Origin: Thermoplasmata archaeon
GTDB lineage: Archaea > Thermoplasmatota > Thermoplasmata > Lutacidiplasmatales > UBA184
NCBI GenBank assembly: GCA_021816955.1
Contig: JAKAWP010000005.1
Span: 1-49,390 of the forward strand
Direction: 5' to 3'
Length of the DNA: 49,390 bases
Below the pieces are notes generated by a model that saw nothing but the letters and a program-made list of their open reading frames with translations, was not told the origin of the DNA and did not search any database. A program made the translations under genes and the position numbers. Shown here piece after piece: positions 8,145-15,147 of the stretch; position 1 is the stretch's first letter, and every line of letters begins with the position of its first letter.

Positions 8145-8852
8145 GTGACGACGCCGGGCGGGACGACGGAGACCGGCCGGCCCCGGCGTCGGTCGAGCTG
8201 GAGCCTGAAGTCGATCGTCGAGGAGGTCGCCGGCCGTCCGATCGACGACTTCCAGGAGCCGGGGCGTACCCCGTCCCCGTACGTCCAGCACCTCTCGGCC
8301 CGGCGCGAACGCCGCGCTGCGCAAGGGCCCCGACCGACCGCCGACGACGACCCGCCCGGGGCCGGGACCGTCGCGCCCGACGGCCCGGAGGCCCGGCCGC
8401 TCGACCCCGTCGAGCGAATCGTGCCGCCGCTCGTCGGTCCGACCGGTCGATTCTACCACGAGGCGGACGAGCTCCATCACCGTCCGACGCTGCGCGCGAT
8501 GAATCCGTCCGGCCGGACCAATCCGATCCTGCGGCCCGAGCGGCTGTACCTCCACTACCTGCTCCTCCACCTCGACCGGCTGCCGACGGCGGGGCTGCGG
8601 TACCTCTCGCACGCGGTCGCGGAGGAGCTCGCCCACCGCGCCGAAGAACGGCGAGCGCCGGCCCGCGCCTCACGGCCGGCGCACGGGGATGCCGAGAGCG
8701 CGGCCGGTGCGCAGCGCGCGCCGGTAGACGACCGGGTCGACCTCCACTCCGACGGCCCGGCGACCGAGACGGGCGGCCGACCAGAGGGTCGTGCCGGTGC
8801 CGCAGAACGGGTCGAGGACCGTGTCGCCCCGGACGCTGAACATCCGGAGTAG
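8145..8852 (+). CDS. hypothetical soluble protein (possible last gene of the T4SS-like operon)
   Basis: 235-aa ORF with GTG start. Third positions are GC-rich and the segments look protein-like (SLKSIVEEVAGRPIDDFQEP; RFYHEADELHHRPTLRAMNPSGRTNPILRPERLYLHYLLLHLDRLPTAGLRYLSHAVAEELAHR). I recognise no family. The last ~60 codons are low-complexity and run antisense into the methyltransferase gene. Confidence 0.45.
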   Translation: MTTPGGTTETGRPRRRSSWSLKSIVEEVAGRPIDDFQEPGRTPSPYVQHLSARRERRAAQGPRPTADDDPPGAGTVAPDGPEARPLDPVERIVPPLVGPTGRFYHEADELHHRPTLRAMNPSGRTNPILRPERLYLHYLLLHLDRLPTAGLRYLSHAVAEELAHRAEERRAPARASRPAHGDAESAAGAQRAPVDDRVDLHSDGPATETGGRPEGRAGAAERVEDRVAPDAEHPE

Positions 8853-9488
8853 CCGATCGGCGAGCTCGCTCGGGAACGCCCCGGTGCGCGATCGCGGACC
8901 GCCCTGTCGCGTCCCGCGGATGTCGTCCCAGACCTGGGTGAACCAGCGGTCGCGCTCCGCGCGGCTGTAGGCGCTCGCCGCGCGCGCCGGGTCGTGGCGG
9001 GCGAACGCGCGAAGCGGCCCTTTGCGGAAGAGGAGGACGTACTCGCAGTCGAGCGTCACGTAGGCGTTCGGCGGGAGGAACCCCGACCCGAGGAAGGCGT
9101 TCGGCTTGTTCGTCGGCTTCTTCCACAATAGGTACGGCAGCGGCGTGAAGCCGATCGCGACGCACCGCTCGAGGATCGTGGCGTGGTTCGGCCAGAGGCG
9201 GAAGACGCCGTCGACCCGGCGGAGCGCGTCGCCGATGTTCACCGCGAGCAGTCCCCCGGGCAGGAGGACCCGATAGATCGATCGCCACGCGTCCGCTAAG
9301 ACGTCGTGCATCCCGGCGTAGTCGCGCGCGCCGAAGGCGCGGAACTGGGCGTCCCATTGCGGGATCATCGGGTACGGCGGGCTCGTCAGCGCGAACGCGA
9401 CGGAGTCGTCCGCGACGCCGTCGAGCCGCCGGGCGTCGCCGAGGAGCAGGCGGACCGGCATCGGACGGGGGGACTCGCCGGGGCGCAT
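8670..9488 (-). CDS. beta-class DNA methyltransferase (SPPY motif; probable N4-cytosine, possibly N6-adenine)
   Basis: 272 aa from ATG 9488 of ORF 8670..10169 (alternative ATG 9461). Catalytic motif IV TSPPYP (9372-9383) lies N-terminal to SAM motif I DPFCGTGTT, which is the beta-class order. The N-terminal 227 codons of the listed ORF are Ala/Ser/Arg-rich, antisense to the HPS gene, and rejected. Confidence 0.8.
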   Translation of the reverse strand: MRPGESPRPMPVRLLLGDARRLDGVADDSVAFALTSPPYPMIPQWDAQFRAFGARDYAGMHDVLADAWRSIYRVLLPGGLLAVNIGDALRRVDGVFRLWPNHATILERCVAIGFTPLPYLLWKKPTNKPNAFLGSGFLPPNAYVTLDCEYVLLFRKGPLRAFARHDPARAASAYSRAERDRWFTQVWDDIRGTRQGGPRSRTGAFPSELADRLLRMFSVRGDTVLDPFCGTGTTLWSAARLGRRAVGVEVDPVVYRRALRTGRALGIPVRRP

Positions 9489-9511
9489 GCGGCGCTCGAG
9501 GGGCCCGAGCG

Positions 9512-9518
9512 TTAATAG
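9512..9518. promoter_or_regulatory. single TATA-like element (TTAATAG) between divergent starts 9488 (-) and 9544 (+)
   Basis: The only AT-rich heptamer in the 55-nt divergent spacer. It lies about 24-30 nt from the minus-strand ATG and about 26-32 nt from the plus-strand ATG. That spacing fits leaderless transcripts in both directions. Confidence 0.4.
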
Positions 9519-9543
9519 CCCCGCGACTCCTCGTCGCGATTCC

Positions 9544-10848
9544 ATGCGGATCGACCGGCCCGTCCTCCAGGTCGCCCTCGATTTCGAGAACCTCTCGCGC
9601 GCGCTCCTCGCCGCCCGAGAGGCGGTCGAGGGAGGCGCCGACTGGGTGGAAGCCGGAACCCCCCTCATCAAGAGCGAGGGGCTCGATGCGGTGCGCGAGC
9701 TCAAGAAGGCGTTCCCGGGCCATCGGATCGTCGCCGACATGAAGGTCATGGACACCGGCGCCTTCGAGGTCGAGATCGCGGCGAAGGCGGGCGCCGACCT
9801 CGTCACCGTCCTCGGCGCGGCCGACGACGATACGATCGCGGAGGCGGTGCGCGGCGGGGAGCTGTACGGCGCCGAGATCGTGGTCGACCTGCTGAACGTG
9901 CCCGACCCGATCGCGCGGTCGAAGCGCGCCGCGGAGCTCGGCGCCGCCGCCGTCTGCTGGCACGTCGGGATCGACATGCAGATGCAGGCGCGCACGCCGT
10001 TCGAGCGGCTCGGCGAGCTCGCGAAGGCATCCCCGGTGCCGGTCGCGGTCGCGGGAGGCCTGACCAGCGAGACCGTCGCCGACGCGACGCGCGCGGGCGC
10101 CGAGATCTTGATCGTCGGGGGCGCCATCACGAAGAGCCCGGATATCGTCGGAGCGACCCGGGCGATCAAGCGGGCGATCGAGCGCCGAACCGCCGAGCCG
10201 TCGGACGGGTTCCGCCGCTACGCCGGCGACGAGATCCGGTCCGCGTTCCTGAAGGTGTCGAGTCCGAACGTCACCGACGCGATGCAGCGCCAGGGGGCGA
10301 TGCACGGCCTCGTGCCGCACCTCGCGTCGCCGACGGTGCGAATCGCCGGGCCGGCCGTCACGGTCGTCAGCCGCGACGGGGATTGGGCCAAACCGGTGGA
10401 GGCGATCGACCGCGCCGGCCCGGGCGACGTCATCGTGATCGACGCGGGCGGTGGCACGACGGCGGTCTGGGGGGAGCTCGCGAGCTGGAGCGCCCACGGC
10501 CGCCGGGTCGCCGCCGTCGTCGTCGACGGGGCGATCCGCGACGTGGACGCGATCCTCGAGCTCGGCTTCCCCGCGTTCAGCCGCCACGTGAGCCCGAACG
10601 CCGGCGAGCCGAAGGGGCACGGAGAGATCGGCGTCGAAGTCGTCGTCGGCGGCCAACGCGTCCGGCCGGGCGACTGGATCGTGGGCGACGCGAGCGGCGT
10701 CGTCGTCGTGCCGCGTGAGCGGGCCCAGGAGATCGCGAACCGCGCGCTCGACGTCCTCGAGCACGAGAACCGGGTCCGGGAAGAGATCCGCCGCGGATCG
10801 ACGCTCGGGAGCGTCCAGAAGCTCGAACGGTGGGAACGCGTCGGCTGA
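9544..10848 (+). CDS. bifunctional 3-hexulose-6-phosphate synthase (OMP-decarboxylase/HUMPS fold) / RraA-like domain protein
   Basis: 434 aa from ATG 9544. The N-terminal half (LQVALDF..., IVADMKVMDTG, VAVAGGL, IVGGAITK) matches the HPS/KGPDC family. The C-terminal half (AVWGELASWSAHGRRVAAVVVDGAIRDVDAI...GDWIVGDASGVVVVP) matches the RraA/DlpA-like fold. This fusion is known in archaea. Confidence 0.8.
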   Translation: MRIDRPVLQVALDFENLSRALLAAREAVEGGADWVEAGTPLIKSEGLDAVRELKKAFPGHRIVADMKVMDTGAFEVEIAAKAGADLVTVLGAADDDTIAEAVRGGELYGAEIVVDLLNVPDPIARSKRAAELGAAAVCWHVGIDMQMQARTPFERLGELAKASPVPVAVAGGLTSETVADATRAGAEILIVGGAITKSPDIVGATRAIKRAIERRTAEPSDGFRRYAGDEIRSAFLKVSSPNVTDAMQRQGAMHGLVPHLASPTVRIAGPAVTVVSRDGDWAKPVEAIDRAGPGDVIVIDAGGGTTAVWGELASWSAHGRRVAAVVVDGAIRDVDAILELGFPAFSRHVSPNAGEPKGHGEIGVEVVVGGQRVRPGDWIVGDASGVVVVPRERAQEIANRALDVLEHENRVREEIRRGSTLGSVQKLERWERVG

Positions 10849-10911
10849 TGGGACCGCCGACCGGGCGAAACGTCTTACGGGCGAGCTACGGTGGGGCGCC
10901 GGGACCCTCGT

Positions 10912-10986
10912 GCTCCCGTAGTCTAGTCCGGTCAAGGATTCGGGGCCTTCGACCCCGTAACGCGGGTTCGAATCCCGCCGGGAGCA
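10912..10986 (+). tRNA. tRNA-Glu (anticodon UUC), no encoded CCA
   Basis: Manual cloverleaf. Acceptor GCTCCCG/CGGGAGC (7 bp). D arm GTCT-AGTCCGGTCAA-GGAT, typical of archaeal tRNA-Glu. Anticodon stem CGGGG/CCCCG with loop CCTTCGA. Variable loop TAAC. T arm GCGGG-TTCGAAT-CCCGC. Discriminator A. Loop position 33 reads C instead of the usual U (see findings). Confidence 0.8.
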
Positions 10987-11286
10987 TCCCCGCCGTCGGG
11001 ACGGCGCGCCGCCGCTCCACGCCGCCCGCCGCTCCGAAGGAAGCACGGCTGGCTCCGCTCGCGGTGGTCCGGCCGATGGGAACGGGGCATTTCCGTTCCG
11101 TTGCAACGAACCAGGGGTGGCCGGGGTGAACGGGGGCCGGGGTCGGTTCGGGCCCGCGAGCTTTTCCTTCGGTGCCCAATGGCGGACTCGTGCCGCCCGC
11201 CACCCTCCCGAGGAGGGGAAGATCCGTCATGGCCCAGGGCGAGGGTCGTTGACCGAGGTGGGCGCGATCGGGAGGATCCGGGACCG

Positions 11287-12903
11287 ATGATCTCCGTCGG
11301 CACCGTCTTCCTGTTCCTCGCCGGCCTAGCCCTCGTCGGGTTCGTCCTCGACGCGCTGTTCGATCGCCTGCGGATGGCGAGCGTGCTGCCGCTCATGCTG
11401 AGCGGGGTCGCGCTCGTCCTCCTCGGAATCGTCCCCCCGGCCGACGTGGCGCTCCTCGAACGGCTCAGCCCGTACATCTCGGGGTTCGCGGTCGCCTTCA
11501 TCCTCTTCTCGGTCGGCCTCGAGATGCGGTACACTCAGCTCGCGCGCGTCATCGGCCGGGCGTCGGGCTTCATGTTCGCGGTGCAACTGATCACGGGCGT
11601 CGGGGTGGCGCTCATCGCCTACGCGGTGATCGGCTGGCCGATCCTCCTCGCGTTCGTCTTCGGCTTCGCGGTCTCGGGACCGAGCAGCGTCATCGTGCCG
11701 AGGATCGTCCGGGCCGCGCGGCTCTCCGAGGGGCTCAAGACGAGCCTGCTCTACGAATCCGTCGTTTCGGACGTCCTCGAGCTGCTCGTGCCGTTGGTCC
11801 TGCTCGGGCTGTACACGTCGGGCACGGTCGCGCCGACGTCGATCGCGGTCGCCGTCGCCATCGCCGTCGTCGGCTCCGGCGCGGTCGGATTAGTCGCGGG
11901 GCTCCTGTGGCTCCTCGCGCTCGACCGGCTGCGGGCAGTGTCGAAGGGGTACGTCTGGACGCTCACGATCACGATGGTGCTGGCGACGTACGGCGGCGCG
12001 AGCGTCGTCGGACTGAACGCCGGCATCACGATCTTCGTCTTCGGCATCATCCTCGGGAATGCGCTCGCCCTCGACGCGCGAAAAGGCCTCGCGGCGACGG
12101 GCGTTCCGCTCTCCGCGGCGGCCCGGCTCTTGGACGGCGTGCGCGACCGCCTGCACCTATCGACCGGCGGGCTCGACCTCGACCATGTCGAGCAGGTCCA
12201 ACGGGAGGTCGCGTTCTTCATCTCGACGTTCTTCTTCGTCTATCTCGGCCTCTTGTTCCACGTCGGGGGCCTCGCCGTCGCCCCGGTGGAACTCGCGATC
12301 GGTGCGACGATCGTGATCCTCGCGGTCCGGGCCGCGCTCGCTCCAATCTTGCGCCCGTACTTCGCCTCCGAGCCGAATCGGCAACGGGCCGAGCGAGCGC
12401 TGACGACGTTCAACATCGGCCGGGGACTCTCCCCGGCCGTCATCGCGACGATCCCGCTCTCCCTCGGCTTGGTCATCCCGGGGTTCCTCGACGCCATCTT
12501 CCTCGTGATCCTCCTCACGATCGTCGTCTCGACCGCCGGCATCGTCGCCTTCTACCGGCCCAAGCCCGAGCCGCCCGCCTCGCCGCCCCCGGCCGCGGAG
12601 GCCGCCCCGGCGGCTCTTCCCATCGCGTCCGCTCCCGCGGCCGACCCGGGCGGCCGACCGGCACCGGGGATCGAGGAGGACGTTCGGGGTCGACCGCCGC
12701 CGCTTCCGCCCGAGCCAGCGCCCGATCCCGCGAGGACCTCCCCGGCGCTAATCGGGGTGGAGCCGCCGATCGCGCCACCGCCAGCGACTCGGGGCGAGAA
12801 ACCCCCGCAAGAGCTTGAGGTAGAAGATCGGGACGTAGGCGGCGCCCGCGACGGTGCCTCGGTTCAATCCGATCATCACGGTGACGAAGAACGCGTTCGC
12901 TAG
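11287..12903 (+). CDS. cation:proton antiporter (Na+/H+ exchanger, CPA family) with Pro-rich C-terminal tail
   Basis: 538 aa from ATG 11287, preceded by GGGAGGA about 10 nt upstream. There are about 11-12 TM segments across ~410 aa, then a ~130-aa Pro/Ala-rich tail. The upstream part of ORF 11101..12903 is Arg/Gly-rich and non-coding. Confidence 0.8.
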   Translation: MISVGTVFLFLAGLALVGFVLDALFDRLRMASVLPLMLSGVALVLLGIVPPADVALLERLSPYISGFAVAFILFSVGLEMRYTQLARVIGRASGFMFAVQLITGVGVALIAYAVIGWPILLAFVFGFAVSGPSSVIVPRIVRAARLSEGLKTSLLYESVVSDVLELLVPLVLLGLYTSGTVAPTSIAVAVAIAVVGSGAVGLVAGLLWLLALDRLRAVSKGYVWTLTITMVLATYGGASVVGLNAGITIFVFGIILGNALALDARKGLAATGVPLSAAARLLDGVRDRLHLSTGGLDLDHVEQVQREVAFFISTFFFVYLGLLFHVGGLAVAPVELAIGATIVILAVRAALAPILRPYFASEPNRQRAERALTTFNIGRGLSPAVIATIPLSLGLVIPGFLDAIFLVILLTIVVSTAGIVAFYRPKPEPPASPPPAAEAAPAALPIASAPAADPGGRPAPGIEEDVRGRPPPLPPEPAPDPARTSPALIGVEPPIAPPPATRGEKPPQELEVEDRDVGGARDGASVQSDHHGDEERVR

Positions 12904-13551
12904 CTCGGACGCGCTCCAGCCAGCGGCCAGACGGAGTTGGGCGCCCTGCCATTCGGGCCAATGGCGGCCCCGGTACGTGCCGAAGTGGACCATTGCGTCC
13001 GGTACGTAGGCGACGCGCAGTCGGGCCCGCCGCAACGCCCGTCGAAGAAAGTACGTCTCGGCGCCTTGGGCGTCGTCCGGTATCGGCACGCCGAGCGCCC
13101 AGGCCCGCGGAACGACCGTCAGGCCGAGCGGAAGTCCGTAGACGAACCGGTGGCCGACCGAGCCGCCGACGACGGCGCCGACGCCCGGACGGGCGAGCCG
13201 CGCCACGGCTTGCGCGTAGAAGTCGGACCGGACGATCTCGACGTCGCTGTCGAGGAAGACGACGAGGTCCGTGGTCGCCTCCATCAGGGCGAGGCGGGTC
13301 GCCCGGCCGATGCCGACGTCCTCCGACCGGACCACGGCGCCGAACCGTCGAGCGATCGCCTCCGTCGCGTCCGTGCTGCACCGGTCGACGACGATCAGTC
13401 GATGAATCGGGATCGTGGCGCGCGCCGACTGTAGGCACCGCTCGAGCGTGGCCGCGGAATTGAACGTGCGCACAAGCAGATCGGCCCGGGACGGCTCGCC
13501 GCTCGGCCCGATCGATGGGGGTGGGGAACGGATGGGTTCGCCGCGCGCCAC
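12748..13551 (-). CDS. family-2 glycosyltransferase
   Basis: 267 aa. GT-A signature: LLVRTFNSAATLERCL, IVVDRCSTDAT, DxD-type LVVFLDSDV. Its 3' end overlaps the antiporter tail in antisense. Confidence 0.8.
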   Translation of the reverse strand: MARGEPIRSPPPSIGPSGEPSRADLLVRTFNSAATLERCLQSARATIPIHRLIVVDRCSTDATEAIARRFGAVVRSEDVGIGRATRLALMEATTDLVVFLDSDVEIVRSDFYAQAVARLARPGVGAVVGGSVGHRFVYGLPLGLTVVPRAWALGVPIPDDAQGAETYFLRRALRRARLRVAYVPDAMVHFGTYRGRHWPEWQGAQLRLAAGWSASELANAFFVTVMIGLNRGTVAGAAYVPIFYLKLLRGFLAPSRWRWRDRRLHPD

Positions 13552-13557
13552 GGCCGC

Positions 13558-15027
13558 CTACCTCGGCCGGCCCGATCGGCCGACCCGACGGGGCGACCCG
13601 ACCCGGGTGGGCGGACGCCGGAGGCGGCCGATCCAAGCGCTGCGACGCTCGGTGAGGGCGGCGCTCGTGCCACCGGAGACGCTCGCGAGAGCGGGGGTCG
13701 ACCCGCGGCCAAGGTCGACCCCGGCCGGCGGACGAGCAACGGAGGCCGCGGCCGAGCTTGAAGTAAGCCCGATCGGCGTCGGCAGCACGATCGGCGGGCG
13801 AGGCGGTTGGGTGAAGTTGAAGAAGCAGCCGAGCGACGGCGCGTCCGCCACGCGAGCGTTCAGGAACGGGAGCCGCCAGTTCACGTCGATGAATCGCAGG
13901 ACCGCGGCGGGGTCGAGCGGCGCCGAACAGACGGTGCCGGGTGGCGTCCACGGAGAGATCACCACGAACGGGACGCGGAACCCATCCGACCCCGTGGAAG
14001 TGAGGGGCGGAGGGATCGGATCCCAGTAGCCGCCGTTCTCATCGTAGAAGAGCAGGATCGCCGACGAATTCGCGACCGGACTCGTTTCGATCGCGTTGAT
14101 GACGGCCGTCGACCACTCCATGCCGACCGTGACGTTCTCCGGCGGGTGCTCGCTGTACCGCTGGCTCGGCGACGGATCGATGAAGACGACCGACGGGGGG
14201 GTGGGGCTCGACAGTTGAGCGGGCAGTGACGAGACCGGCGTGATCCGCGCGAGCGCGCACGGATCCGACGTGATCGCCGGAAACAGGAGGGGGACGAGGC
14301 CGGTCTCGGACCCTTGATAGCTGTACAGCCACGGGATACCGGCATCTTCCAGCTGGCCGAGCACGGTCGGTTGCGCCGTGACGTTCGCCGGCGGAGGGGC
14401 GTCGGCGTCCCAGCTCCCCGCGTAGCCGGTGATGTCGAAGACGCGGTTCGGTTCGGTCGGTCCGAGGACCCCGGTGAAGAATTGGTCCCCGAGGCCGTAC
14501 GCATCGGCGTACTCGAAGTAATCGTAGAGTTGGCGGACCGTGTAGTAGCCGGCCGCGTCCTGAGGGTCCGGGGCTCCCGAGGCGTTCGCCTCGGCGACGA
14601 AGCCGTTGTTCCGCCCGCCGTTCAGGTCGGCCCGATCGGCGCTCTCGGTGTGGGGAAAGTCCGGGGTGCGGTAGCCGGTCAACGGAAACGGGTGGACGAC
14701 CGTCGAGGAGTTGAACGCCACCGGCAGCGATCCGTTGGGCGGGTAGCCGAGGACCCCGGGCTTCGAGCCGAAGTAATTTTCGAACGCGTGATTCTCCTTG
14801 ATGAGGACGAACAAGTGATGGATCGGCGTCACGGTCGACGGGGCGGCCGTGGACGAGGCCGCGCACGACGGCGACGCGGGCCGGGCAGCTGGGGAGCTCG
14901 CGACGACCCCCACCACGGCGGTCACCGCGAGAACGCCCGCCACGACCGCCCACCACCGCCGATCCGAGCGAAACCCGCGAACCCGGGCGGCCGTCTTCAC
15001 GGAGTTCCTCCGACCTTCTTCGCGCAC
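13558..15027 (-). CDS. phosphoesterase-family protein (phospholipase C / AcpA acid phosphatase family), membrane-anchored or secreted
   Basis: 489 aa (GTG at 15027 or 15000). N-terminal TM anchor WWAVVAGVLAVTAVVGVV. Family hallmarks IHHLFVLIKENHAFENYFG and RVPFVVISPW. Ends 6 nt upstream of the GT2 start, so it is co-oriented with it. Confidence 0.8.
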   Translation of the reverse strand: MREEGRRNSVKTAARVRGFRSDRRWWAVVAGVLAVTAVVGVVASSPAARPASPSCAASSTAAPSTVTPIHHLFVLIKENHAFENYFGSKPGVLGYPPNGSLPVAFNSSTVVHPFPLTGYRTPDFPHTESADRADLNGGRNNGFVAEANASGAPDPQDAAGYYTVRQLYDYFEYADAYGLGDQFFTGVLGPTEPNRVFDITGYAGSWDADAPPPANVTAQPTVLGQLEDAGIPWLYSYQGSETGLVPLLFPAITSDPCALARITPVSSLPAQLSSPTPPSVVFIDPSPSQRYSEHPPENVTVGMEWSTAVINAIETSPVANSSAILLFYDENGGYWDPIPPPLTSTGSDGFRVPFVVISPWTPPGTVCSAPLDPAAVLRFIDVNWRLPFLNARVADAPSLGCFFNFTQPPRPPIVLPTPIGLTSSSAAASVARPPAGVDLGRGSTPALASVSGGTSAALTERRSAWIGRLRRPPTRVGSPRRVGRSGRPR

Positions 15028-15104
15028 CGGTCCCGAGGGCCTGCGCGGTTCCCCGCGGCGCCTCGGTCGTTCGGGCTCTCGGTCCGACCGAAGCCAAATC
15101 GAGC

Positions 15105-15113
15105 TTTATATTT
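15105..15113 (+). promoter_or_regulatory. TATA box (TTTATATTT) for the 15148 operon
   Basis: A strong AT-only nonamer in a ~70% GC background, centred about 39 nt upstream of ATG 15148 in the divergent intergenic region. Confidence 0.5.
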
Positions 15114-15147
15114 CGACACCGGCCTAGTGGCGTCGGCGTAGGCCGCA

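Noticed and set aside
8145-8852. Reading the hypothetical protein as the restriction endonuclease partner of the adjacent methyltransferase
   Set aside because: I could not see a recognisable PD-(D/E)xK, HNH or GIY-YIG motif. The gene is convergent with and overlaps the methyltransferase rather than forming an operon with it. It is left as unassigned.
1391-10986. Hypothesis that the VirB4-like locus is an integrated conjugative or mobile element inserted at the tRNA-Glu gene
   Set aside because: No integrase, relaxase, coupling protein or replication gene is present. The housekeeping HPS-RraA gene lies between the locus and the tRNA. I found no duplicated tRNA 3' segment (att-like direct repeat) by eye, and composition matches the flanks. 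Short repeats cannot be excluded without a computed repeat search.
8116-11106. 996-aa minus-strand ORF spanning the methyltransferase region, the HPS-RraA gene and the tRNA
   Set aside because: It is extremely Arg/Pro/Gly-rich. It runs through a tRNA gene and is antisense to a well-supported CDS. The real methyltransferase lies in a different minus-strand frame (8670-9488).
10987-11286. 300-nt non-coding stretch between tRNA-Glu and the antiporter, checked for a box C/D sRNA or other ncRNA (hairpin GGAACGG-GGCATTT-CCGTTCC near 11079-11099)
   Set aside because: There are no convincing C (RUGAUGA) / D (CUGA) box pairs or known riboswitch features. A single 7-bp hairpin is insufficient. A covariance-model scan would be needed.
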